From: Camelus ferus
Taxonomy: Eukaryota
NCBI RefSeq assembly: GCF_009834535.1
Contig: NC_045697.1
Coordinates: 15,006,001-15,070,000 of the forward strand
Length of the DNA: 64,000 nt
Direction of reading: 5' to 3'
Under the pieces are notes generated by a model that worked only from the letters and a program-made list of their open reading frames with translations, was not told where the DNA came from and did no database searches. Each line of letters starts with the position of its first letter. Within the stretch, counting starts at the first letter, position 1. Below, piece after piece: positions 39,476 to 51,442 of the stretch. Made by a program: the position numbers and the translations under genes.

Positions 39476-39885
39476 TATATTAGTAGCTGGTTAGGGCTGC
39501 CGTAACAAAGTGCCACAAATTGAGTGGCTTCACCACCAGAAATTTATTTCCCCACAGTTCTCGAGGCTAGAAGTTCCAGGATCAAGGGAACAGTAGAATT
39601 AGTTCCTTCTGAGGACCATGAAGGAAGGATCTGTTCCAGACTTCTCCCTGGCTCTAGAGGTCTGTCTTCTCCCTGAGTCTTCCCATCATCTTCCCTCTGG
39701 ACATATCTGTGTCCAAATTTCCTTTTCTTATAAGGACACCAGTGACAATACTCTAACAACCCTTTAATGACTTCTGTAAAGATCCTGTCTCCAAATGTGG
39801 TTCTACTCTGCAGTATGGGGGAGCGGGATTGGAACTTCAACATATGAAGTTTGGAGGGGAGAACACAATCCAGTCTACGACACAG
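39476..39885 (-). mobile_element. MLT1 (A/B-like) solo LTR
   Basis: agggctgccgtaacaaagtgccacaaattgagtggctt...ttcttataaggacaccagt...acttcaacatatgaa. Confidence 0.88.
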
Positions 39886-41479
39886 AGGGGAAAATCATCA
39901 CATGAGGGATTTTATCCATGTGACATCAAATATGTATATTAAGAATACATGAAATACCAATAGGAATATGAAGTCATTTATGTAAATGAACAATGAAGGA
40001 ATGAACAGGGTACCGCTGTGGCCTCTTAGCATTATTGACCAAGATAAATATATAGTCCCTAATATCACTCTCTATATCTTTACCTGGTTTAAGCTTTTTT
40101 TTATTTTCCATATCAGGAGGTGCTCTAACTCTTCCTTCTGTAATCTCAAGAACAGCCATGTAGATGCACCACATATTTTTCTTGGGAAATAACATTCCTC
40201 AATGTCACTGGGCTTTGGGTGGACCGCTTCATGCCTCAGCATATTGTTAGGGAGATGGAAGAACAAGAACTGAAGAATCTAATGCCTCCAAGCATTACAT
40301 GTAACATGAAGATCAGGACCACTGTTTGCTTTCTTAGAAAAAGAAACTTGGAGAAACTGCATGCTTTGCCTTTGCTCAGTGCTTTAACCTTTGCTTAGTC
40401 ATTAGAGAGCCTTTGGAACTGCCATTCACTGAGGAGAGCGGTGATATTATTACTTTTAAAAAATAACTCTTCCAAATGTATGATACAGGCCTGCCAACTC
40501 AAAGTTAGAAGTAAACATTCCACTGGCCTTCTATTTATTTGGTGAGAGAAAAAAAAAAAGATTCATTTTTTTAAAACTAACACTTTTCTCTGTTTTGTTT
40601 TGTTTTAGGCTGAAATTGGTTGTCAGGATTGAGCCTGGTTGAAATATTATGTGCACTAAATGAATGGAACTGCGTTGTATTCCATAATATGCCCTAAAAG
40701 TGAAAACACAACAAACAGTTTTTGTGCAGAAAACTAGCATATTGATGATGCACAGATTTGGACTGAACTCTGTTGTCACCGAATCATAAAATTTCAAAGC
40801 TGGAGGCTGACTTTTTGGATTGTCTGTGGTGAACACTTAATTTAACTAAAGAGATAAAAAGTATCTGATGGAAACAATTAAGCCATATCGGCATATTTTA
40901 AATAGACATCTAGTACGCTATGGCTGTTTAATGAAAAGCTGAGTATTATGTTTGACAGATCAATTATTCATTGTACAGACGGGGCAGAAAGGGACGTGCA
41001 ACATCAAAGCTGATTAACTCAGCAAAGCATTCAGTATTACCATCACTTTTTATCAAAGCCAATGGCTCCAAGCCCCACAGCTTGATAGAGGAAAGAGTAA
41101 TCACAATACAAATCATAATAAATGGTAAGTGCAAATCAGAATGAGCACCATGTAAAGGATATTAAGAAAAACAGAAGCAGTGTGTCTTGCTTTGGCAGTA
41201 TCACGAAAGCCTCCTAGCAGAGGTAATATTGTCCTCAGTTTTAAAAAAATGGCAAGCAAAGAACACTTAAGTTACCTGTTCAAGGATCTTTAGGGGGAAT
41301 AAGGCTCATTTTAATGTTCCCAGACCTTGTTTTCATCACTTTCATCTTGAGTGCCTATGGGCTCAGGGACTACTCCACCAGGCTGTAAAATGAGGACTAA
41401 TTAAGATTTCTTTCTCAATCGAGTATATCCTATATCCGTATAGGTAGACAGGTGCAGTCAGGGCGCCCAGTGCGTCAGC

Positions 41480-41940
41480 CTCCCAATACTCACAGGCGTC
41501 TGCCGTCTTGGATAGGGCTGAGGTATGCTAACCAACAGTATGTTGTAGACATGAGTGTGCGCTTCAGAGGCAAGGCCATGCAAGACCTTGCAGCTTCAGC
41601 CTTGTTTTTCATCTTGGATCATCCTCTGTGGGTGGAGCCAGTAACCATTCCTGAGGACCCTCAAGCAGCTCTGTGGAGAGTGTCACACAGGAGAGGAACT
41701 GAGGCCCCCTGCCAACAACCAGCGTCACTCACTTACCATATGAATGAGCTACATTGATGGAGGATGTTCCAGACTCTGTCAAACCTTGAAATGGTCATAA
41801 CCTGAGGAATCCCAGGCCAGAAAACAGCTAAGCTCCAGGATTCCTCATCCACAGAAGCTATGAGATAATAAATGCTTATGCTGCTTTGAGACCCTAAATT
41901 TTGAGGTAATTTGTTACATAGTAATAGATAACTAATAAGC
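41480..41940 (+). mobile_element. MLT1 (F/G-like) solo LTR
   Basis: gagaggaactgaggccccctgccaacaaccagc...gagataataaatgctt...ttgaggtaatttgttacatagtaatagataactaata. Confidence 0.85.
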
Positions 41941-42989
41941 TAATATACTCTAACTCTGAAATAATCTCTTGAAATCCCTTAGTGTTGCCCAAGTACTACC
42001 ATTAAATATGACCTGGGTGTTTTCATAAATGTACATAGTGAGGAACATTCATGGACATATTTACATCTGTCTCTGGAGGAACATTCTATGAAAACCAATT
42101 CATCCATTTGTCAGTGGATCCAGCTAGGGCCCCACTGACACTTTCATTTCTCCTGCTGTTCAGAGAAAATTAATTCAGCCTTGAGCTGAATAGAATAAAC
42201 ACAAACTAAAAAGATTATTAGAGTGTGACTTTGTATCCATGCAGACAGAACTCTCCTTGACATGAGGGATGCAACTGTTGAGGCATATGATACACAACCT
42301 GCCAGGGTATAAAACCACGCCGGCAGAACGTGTTCTGGTCAGACAAGCTCACCAGCTTACAAGCAACTCTTACTACTGTTGACAGAAAATGGATGTACTC
42401 CCACCTTCTTTAGTGACTATTTTTACCCTCCCAGCTACAGACATAAAGGGGGGAAAACACTTAACTGTGTGAAATCTAAATCCATTATACATACAGATAT
42501 GTATTACTAAACCTCATCAAAAAAGCTCACATGTTAGAGTCATTCTTAGGATGGATAGCTATGGGCATATTGAGGGTAAGGAGTCTAAATCACTGAGAAG
42601 CAAATGCCATGGAGCCAACTGGTCTTAAAGAGATATAACTATTGATTTTAATATACATCTGGCAGACTGAAAAACCAGCCTACATCTCTCTGAAGTGGAG
42701 CACACCTGTATTGTTCATAGAAATAGAGAGAATTAGGCTGTTGTCTCCTGAGTGTGGCCACCTCCATGGGACGGGGTTCCCTTGTTATCAACTAGGTACT
42801 TTAAAACTAGGAACTTAAGAGTAATGTAGGTAGAAAGAAGGAATGAAAAAAGGAAGGAGAAAAAGATGGAGGGAGGAAAAATATTTGAAAATTGAAATTA
42901 TGGAAAAGAAAAAGGAAGGAAAAGGAAAAAGAAAAAAAAAGAATGACCAGAGTAAGATAAAGTAAAAGTAATGACATTAAAGATAGCCA

Positions 42990-45690
42990 TCTTAGAAACA
43001 GAGGGAATACTTCCTAACTCATTCCATGAGGCCAACATTACCCTAAGGATCAAAACCAGACAAATGTATTACAAGAAAAGCAAACTACAGACCAATCTCT
43101 CTCATGAACATTGGTACAAAATCCTCAACAAAATGTCAGCAAATCAAATCAATTTATAAAAAGAATTATACACCAAGCCCAAGTGGGATTTATCTGAGGC
43201 ATGCAAGGCTACTTCAAAACTTAAACATCAATTAATACAACCCATCACATCAAAACCCTAAAAAGAAACCCACAGGATCATATCAATAAATGCAGAAAAA
43301 GCATATGACAAAATCCAATACCCAGGACAATATTCCCAGTAACCAGGGATAGACAGAGACTTTCTCAAATTGACAAAGATTATCTACAAAAAACCTATAG
43401 CTCACATCATACTTAATGATGAGAAACTTGAAATTTTCCGTCTAAGATTATGTACAAGAAAAGAATGTCCCCTCGCACCAGTTCTTTAAACATCATACTG
43501 AAAATTGTAGCTACTGCAATCAAATGATAAAAAGAAATAAAAGGTATACAGATTGCAAATGAAGAGGTAAGTCTTTCTTTGTTCACAGTTGGCATTATCA
43601 TGTATATAGAAAATCCTAATAAATGAAAAACAAAAAAAACCAAACAAAAATTACTGGAACTAATAAACAATTATAGAAAGCTTTCAGGATATAAGATTAA
43701 TATACAAAAGTCTATCACTTTTCTATACACCACCAGTGAATACGTAGAATTTGAAATTAAAAGCACAATACTGTCTACATTCAGCACCCCGACCAAAGAA
43801 ATACTTAGTATAACTCCAACAAAATGTGTACAAGATCTATATGAAGAAAACTACAAAATTCTGAGGATTGAAATCAAAGAAGAACTAAATAAATGAAGAG
43901 TTACTCAATGTGAACAAGAAGACTCAATATTATCAAGATTTCAGTTCTTCCCTATTTAATCTATAGATTCAATGCAATCACAATAAAAATCCCAGCAAGT
44001 CATTTTCTGTGTATCAAAAAATTGATTCTAAAGTTTATATGAAGGTGTGAAAGACTCCAAACAACCAATGCAACATTGAAGGAGAAGAACAAAGTTGGAG
44101 GAGTGACACTATCAACTTCAAGACTTAATGTACAGCTACAGTCATCGAGACAGTGTTGTATTAGTCAACGGACAGACAAATGGATCATTGGAACAGAGTA
44201 GAGAGCCCAGAAATAGACCCACATAAATAAAGCCAATTGATCTTTGACAAAGGAGCTAAATCAACACAATGGAGCAGCAGTCTTTTCAACAAATGGTGAT
44301 GGAACAACTTAACAACCACATTCAAAAAATGAATCTAGAAACAGACCTTATACTCTTCACTCAAAAGGGATAAAAAAAAAAAAAACCCTAAATGTAAAAT
44401 AGCAAACTACAGAGCTCCTAGAAGATAACACAGGACAAAACCTAGATGACTCTTGGTATGGTGATGACTTTTTAGTACAACACCGAAAGCAAGATTCATG
44501 AAAAAAATAATTGACAAGCTAGAATTCATTCAACTAGAAACTTGGCTCTTTGAAAGACAATGTCAAGAGAATTAAAAGACAAACCACACAGTGAGAGGAC
44601 ATTTGCCAAAGACACATCTGATAAAGAACTGTTCAAAATGTACAAAATTTCTTAAACTCAACAATAAGAAAGCAACTTGATTAAAAAACAGGACAAAGAC
44701 CCTAAACACACATCTCATCAAAGAAGATCTATAACTGGCAAATAAGCATTTGAAAATATTCTACACATTACATGTCATCAGGGAAATGTAAGTTTAAACA
44801 GTGAGATACCACACACACAAATTAAAAAGGCCAAAATCTGGAACACAGATAACCCCCAGTCCTAGCAGAAACTCCCATTCATTGGGAGTAAGTAAGCAAA
44901 ATGTCACAGCCAGTGTGGAAGGCAGTTTGGTGGTTTCTTATAAAATGAGAAAAACGTTTCTTCCAATACATTTTCTTGTCATAGATCCAGCAATTATGTT
45001 AAAAACACAAGTCCACACAAAAACTTGAATGCAGATGCTTATAACTTTACTCATAATCGCCAAAACTTGGAAGCAACCAGGATGCACTTCAGGAGGTGAC
45101 AGGATAAACAAACTGTGATACATTCAGACAATGGACTGTCATTCAGTGCTGAAAAGAAACGGGCTACCATCAAATCATGAAGACGTGGAGGAACCTTAAA
45201 TGCATGTGACTAAGTGAAAGAAGCCAATCTGAAAGACTACAAACTGTATGATTCCAACTACACGACATTCTGGGAAAGGCAAACGATGATGACAGTAAAA
45301 AAAAAATCAGAGGTTTCTAGGGTTGCAGATAGGGAGTAGGTGGCGGAATGAATACATAAAGCACAGAGGATTTTTAGGGCAGTGAAAATATACTATATGA
45401 TACCATAATGATGGGTTTATGTTATTACACATTTGTCTAAACCTATAGAATATACAACACCAAGAGGAAGCCATAATGTAAACTGTGGGCTTTGGGTGAT
45501 TATGATATGTCAGTGTATGTTCATCACTTATAACAAGTGTACCACTCTGGTGAGGGATGTTGAAAATGGAGGAGGGAGGCTATGCTTGAGTGGATATAGG
45601 GGATACATGGGAATTCTCTGTACCTTCATCTCAATTTTTCTGTAAACTTAAAATTACTCTAAAAACATAAAGTCTCATTTAAAAAAACAG
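42990..45690 (+). mobile_element. 5'-truncated L1MC-like LINE (decayed ORF2 RT/C-terminus plus 3' UTR)
   Basis: ORF fragment EGILPNSFHEANITL is an L1 ORF2 RT motif; agagagcccagaaatagacccacataaa; same 3' UTR as 22515-23380; multiple stops and frameshifts. Confidence 0.93.
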
Positions 45691-45799
45691 ACATCATATG
45701 AAAGTAACAAATCTAGATACTAAACATTGAAACAGACTATATTTTAAACACAAAAAGGAACTGAGGAGTAAGAATTAGGAAATGAAGTAGATAAAGTAC

Positions 45800-46124
45800 A
45801 TCTCCAAAAGGCAAGGTGTCCCTGGCCCCGACCCCCCAGTCTGCCTGCACATTTTAGATGACAACAATTCCATTCTTCTAGAGGACAGAAATCTAGGCGT
45901 TATCTTTAACCCCCTTCTTTTGTTCCTACCCCATATCCCATGTGCCAGGAAATCTTGTTAGCTCTCTCTATAACCCAACCACTGTTTACCCCTCCAATGC
46001 CATCACCCTGGTCTAAGCATGGTCTCTTGTCTGAACTGTTGAAATAGCCTAGGAATTGGTTTTCTGGCTCCTGCCCATACCCTTTACAGTCAATTGTGAA
46101 CACAGGCCAAATGTGATTCTTTTA
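45800..46124 (+). mobile_element. L2 fragment (left part; resumes at ~46945-47470)
   Basis: ...cacaggccaaatgtgattcttttaaaa continues as gtcaagacatgtcatgtccttgctttttaaccttcagtggctcc. Confidence 0.75.
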
Positions 46125-46312
46125 AAAATAGACAAACAACCAGTTTCTTCTGTATAGCACAGGGAACTATATTCAATATCTTGTAGTAACCTATAACGAA
46201 AAAGAATATGAAAACAAATATGTGTATATATATGTACGACTGAAACATTATGCTGTACACTAGAAATTGACACATTGCAACTGACAATACTTCAATAAAA
46301 AAGTTTAAAAAA
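46125..46312 (+). mobile_element. Young camelid L1 3' stub
   Basis: ctgtatagcacagggaactatattcaatatc...cttcaataaaaaagtttaaaaaa. Confidence 0.92.
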
Positions 46313-46941
46313 CTCCACATTTTTCCTTTTTTAGTCTTTAAATGTATCCAGTAATTTTAATGCCATTTGTTGAAAATGCAGTTTTCCACATTTGAATTGA
46401 TTTCATATCTTTGTAAAGAGAAATCAACAGTATTTGTGTAAGTCTATTTCAGAACTCTGTGCCACTGAATAAATTACCTGTACTTTTTTCAGTACCGTAA
46501 TAACTTCATATACCTTTATATTAAGTCCTAAAATGAGATAGTGAAAGTCTTCCAAATTTAATTCTCTTTTTAATCAGTTTTTCAATTTCTATAAAAATGC
46601 CGGGTGACATTTTTGTTCAGAATGTGTTGAATTTATAAATGAAGGATAATGGACAGCTTTCAACCCATGATATATCTCTATTTATTTTGGTCTCATTTAA
46701 TTTCTTTCTGCAATATTATATAAGTATTAAACACGGTAATCTTGAATCTTGAAATGTATTTTTAGACTATGTTTTGTTGTTATTGCAACATATTTTAGAC
46801 TTAATTTTTCATATATTTCTGGTTTGTAAATAGAAATAAAATAGATTTTTCTGTAGTAACTTTGAACATGCCTTAGGATTTTTTATGCAGACAACCATTC
46901 TACTTGTAACTAAAGAAAGCTTTCTTATTTCCTTGCCGATT
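46313..46941 (-). mobile_element. Ancient L1ME-like internal ORF2 fragment
   Basis: gccatttgttgaaaa, gtctatttcagaactctgt, gtgttgaatttataaat, gcagacaaccattctacttgtaac. Confidence 0.7.
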
Positions 46942-46944
46942 AAA

Positions 46945-47470
46945 AAAAACAAAGTAGGTCAAGACATGTCATGTCCTTGCTTTTTTAACCTTCAGTGGCT
47001 CCTCATTTCATTTAACAATAAAACCATGCAAGGCCCTGGAAGACTGGTTCCTCTATTACTCCCCTAAACTCGGCTCCTTTTATTCTCCCTCTGGCTTACT
47101 AGGGGCTCACTAGGGCCATCGTGACTTCTGGCTGTTCCTCCAACAGACCGGGCAGGTTCCAGCCCTAAGGCTTTGCACTTGGGGCTTCCTGCTCCTGGGA
47201 ATGTTTTTCCCAAGTATTTTACACTTTCCCCATCTTCAAATTTTGCCCAAATGTTACTTTTATCTGGGCACATTTTCCACTGTAACCTTCTATCCTTCCC
47301 CTTCCATCCACCTGTCCTTTGCAATACTGATACTCATTACCATTGAACATACTGTCCAATTTACTTGTTTTCCTTCCCTCTTGAGAATATAAACCATATC
47401 AAGGCAGAAATCTTAGTCTGTATGGTTTACTGATGTACGTCAAATGTCTACAGTCGTTCCTGGATATGTT
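46945..47470 (+). mobile_element. L2 3' end
   Basis: ccagccctaaggctttgcacttggggcttcctgctcctgggaatg...ttgagaatataaaccatatcaaggcagaaatc. Confidence 0.8.
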
Positions 47471-47479
47471 GTCCCTGCC

Positions 47480-47950
47480 TGTATCAGTTTCCTCAGGCTG
47501 AACTAACAAATTAGGGCAAAACGGTGGCTTAAAAGAACAGAAATGTATTTTCTGGAGGCTAGAGGTCTGAGATCAAGGTGTTAGCAGGGCCATGCTCCCT
47601 CTGAAACCTGTAGGGGAGAATCCTTCCTGGCCTCTTCCTAGATTCTGGTGGGTTTCTGACAACCTGTGCTGTTCCGTGCTTTCCGGCCCTTCAGTCTCCA
47701 TCTCCATCATCACGTGATGTCCTTCCTGTGCGTCTCTGTCTGTGTCTCTTCTCTTCTTATAAGGACACCAGTCACATTGGATTAAGGGCCCATCCTACTT
47801 CAAAATGAGCTCATCTTAACACCTTAGTTACATCGAATTAGTTAGCCTAAGTAATTAATGACCCTATTTCAAATAAGATCACATTCTGAGGTCCTGGCAG
47901 TCAGGACTTCAACATATCTTTCTGGGGGATAAAATTCATCCCCTAACAGC
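47480..47950 (-). mobile_element. MLT1 (B/C-like) solo LTR
   Basis: gatcaaggtgttagcagggccatgctccctctgaaacctgtaggggagaatccttcc...cttataaggacaccagtcacattggattaagggccc. Confidence 0.9.
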
Positions 47951-49014
47951 GTCCCGATATATTTTTAAATAAATCAACTGAAGTATGAAAGTGACACAGG
48001 CTCTTAGAAATATTCTTGGGCTGAGGATGATGTGGGATGCCCGTAACGACGGTTTATGTTATCTCTGCATGAACAGACCCATTAGAAAGGCAAATGAAGC
48101 TGCATTCATAGTTACTTTCGAGTTTGTACGTTTATATCATGTACCTTTTTTATGATAAACATAAAAAAATGTGCATTATTTCTTTTTTTAATATGGCTTT
48201 ACATTACAAAATAGGAATAGTTATTCTTTAATATAATCTTCAACTATAATATTGAATATGTTCTTAAATACACATCACTCTGTATTCCCTCTGCTATGAA
48301 AATCGCAATGAAATGAGCCTTAGTTTCAGAAAATAAGATGGCAACAAAAATGAGTTTAAACTCTATGTCAGTGAGGGAAAAATCAACATGCTATTATAAA
48401 TATGACAATTATTGCTGCATTTTTCCTTGGTAGAAATATACTTTCCTTTAATTTCCCTAGCGGGCTATAGCCTTATTTCTAAATCACATGCCACCATAAT
48501 TTCTTTTTGGAAGCTTAAATAATAAACTATCATTGTATCATAAATAAGCAAATTGTGGAATAATTATTCTTCTCCAAAGCTCACTATGATTTTCCGGCTT
48601 TTCACTTTAATGTCTCTTATTCCTCTTTAATTGAGTATTTGTATTTATGACAGGTTTTCCATTAAAAAAAAAAACAAACTTCTGTGATGTTAGGATTAGG
48701 TAATATTTTATTCCATCCTCCTTTGTCTGAATAAACTTGTTCAGAAACTGATATCCTCTTCTTCCTAGGTGGGCACTATTCCAAACTTCTCCAGGCAAGA
48801 AGAGGAGCCCCCACCTTGACTTCTGATCATTTGTTTCAAACTTTTTGTCATTAGCAAAGTTTTACTAATCCAAACTCAAAAGGTCATCTGGCCCTTCAGG
48901 CCTCTGTGAGCTTGGATTACCCGATGATCAGTAAGAAGATATATATATATATTTTAAACAACAAAACTTTTATAGAAGTTAAAATACAGAAGGGACTTCA
49001 GAAGAGACAACTTG

Positions 49015-49467
49015 TCCAGAATTTTCCAAATCACGATGGACTGGGTGACATTGGGGGTCCACTGGATGTTTCCAGGGAGTAACGTACTCTGTTAAAAGTT
49101 GATTTTAATAGGAATGTATTTGTTTTACATGTGTGTTAATTCAGTTTGTAAGCAGTAAGTAATTTGTAATTACTTACAAAAGCAGTTTGTAAGTAATTCA
49201 GGAGGTAAGCAAAAGACTCAAAAAGTTACTACTCCTAGTCTGGGTGGGTAGTTTCACCAAATTCCATACAGATGTGTCATGAAGAAATAGCAATTCCAGC
49301 CTGTGATTTCACAGATACTGTTGTTTAAGAGAATGTACGTTTAAAAAAAAAAAAAGGTTGATTGATTTCATGTCTGTTTAAAGGAAACAACTAGTATAAA
49401 AGCAGTCCTTAGATCTATCCAGGATATGAAGATGGTACAAAAATTACTGACATTTAGGAAACATTGA
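49015..49467. mobile_element. hAT-Charlie-like DNA transposon relic
   Basis: Termini attttccaaa...catttaggaaacattg; internal motifs gggggtccactggatgtttccagg. Confidence 0.45.
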
Positions 49468-51180
49468 TCTAGCAGGTAAGCAGACCAGAGAGCAGAGTTG
49501 GGACCAAGCCCTCAGGCCTCAACTCTCCATCACTAAGTCTCCTGTTCCCCATCCACCTAGTCTAGGACTAGATCCACTGCACCAGGCATCCTACGTTTAA
49601 TGCTTGGATATTCATTTCTTAAGTCAGAAATTAAAAAAGGTAATATTGATGCACTCTACATTTTAAAAACAAGGAGAAAAAAATTGCAAATTAGCATCCA
49701 ATTAAATATTTCAATGTAAAAGTAGTTTTTCAAAAAATTAGTGCTTGATTAAACAGATATTAAATATGGCAGTACCATTGATTTAGAGCAAGCGGAGTAG
49801 GAAAAACAATAATCAGTGTTTATTATTTACGTATGCTTTGATCATAGCCAAGTTGTTAACCTGTATTGCACACTTCACAAGACACGTGACCAGACAGTCC
49901 AAATTCTAACGGCAGCTCTGCTGATTACTTCTGTCTGGATTTGTTCAGATCATGAACACTCAGAGAAGGAAAGTAACCACCCCAGGTGACTTATGCCTGA
50001 AATAAACCAAATAAGGCCTGGGTCCCAAGGCCTCTTTCTGTTGATTATTTTAATCAAATACATAGATTCGTATCATTCAATATCTATTCAAGAATTAAGC
50101 CTGGACTCAGGAATGAGGACTTCACCCAGTACAGAGGATACTAAAATGAGTAAGTCACAGCCACTGTCTCAAGCGTTTCACAGTCTGGTGGAGGATGCAG
50201 CCTGCAATACATCAACGATACCGTGAAATAGTAAGTGCCATAATAGACAGACATATTCACGCTTTAGGAGTTCAGAATGACTGATTTGGTCTTGAAGAGG
50301 CTGCGTAGAATCAGGAGGCAGCACCCGAAAAAGATGACAACTTTGGGGCCAGAAGGTGAGAGTTCAAATCAGGTGTGTCACTTTGGGCCCTTTACCATGA
50401 ATTATAAAATTTGTTTACAGCACATTTATAAAATTACAGTTCTGTGAGATTCATTCTTGTCATCTGTAAAATGGGTATGACAGCACCTACTTCCTGAGAC
50501 TATGGCAGGAATGAAATGCAGTGATATAAAGAGTGTAGTGCTTGGGGTTTTTTGAGTAACGAAAGGCAGGCAATATGCATTCTAGGCTGGAGGGGCAGCG
50601 TGCTGGGCGTATCAATAATCATTTCCAAAGATCAGGGGAAGAAACCAGTAGAAGGAATCAGAAGTGGGTTTAAAAAAAAATACTGTGAAGATTAAAAGTG
50701 TAAAAAGCAGAAGTAAGTAAGAAATCATACATAAAGGACAGGTAAGTGAAAAACAAGGTAGGCTATAGAAAAAAAGGTTTTTAGAACCTTTGACCTTCTT
50801 TCTGAAGCTACGCTCAAATGCTTTTATTTGAACAGAAGAAAAAAACAGTGAAAACTAGCGTTAATGACTAATAGTTATAAAGATTTGCTTGGCTAACTAG
50901 CCCTAATCAGGTGTTCCAACTAGTCCCTAGATCTAGTTCCTCTAGTCCCTATATTTATTGTCCACTCACTCGGCCAAGGTTTTGGGCTCGGAGTCCTTAA
51001 TGGCCTGGATATAAAACCTTGACCCCTTATCTTTCAGGGCCAGCTTATGACCCATACCATCAATGCTCTCCGTAACTCCTCTGATGATCTGCCAACTCTC
51101 TGGCTGCTGAACACTGCTTCCCTGAGAGCCTAACTCGAGTGGTTTAACTAAGAAACTTCTAATTTTCTCTATTTATGCAG

Positions 51181-51442
51181 ATATTCCAGGCTCTAAACAG
51201 AAAATCTGACCAAGACTCACAGTATAAAATTGGAAATACAGGGAATGTGAAATGGGCCCAGGGAAAAGCAGTGCATGGGGCGTTTCAGAGCTGTGGCAGA
51301 CAGCAGTCATGTTCCAACCAAAGCATTCAGATTCAACTTAAAAAGGCAAAACACCATTCCAGACAAACAATAGATGTCCGCAGGCCTGGGAGATCAGTCT
51401 GCATCCGCTACAGAAACACTTCATGCGGTCCAGACTCTCCAG
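51181..51442 (+). other. Candidate exon (262 nt), unknown transcript
   Basis: Branch-like ctaat plus tttctctatttatgcag| acceptor; consensus donor cag|gtaagt; frame 0 open throughout; translation not recognised. Confidence 0.3.

Noticed and set aside
42971..45645. ORFs as genes or an intact L1 ORF2
   Set aside because: Fragments of a decayed L1 with many stops and frameshifts
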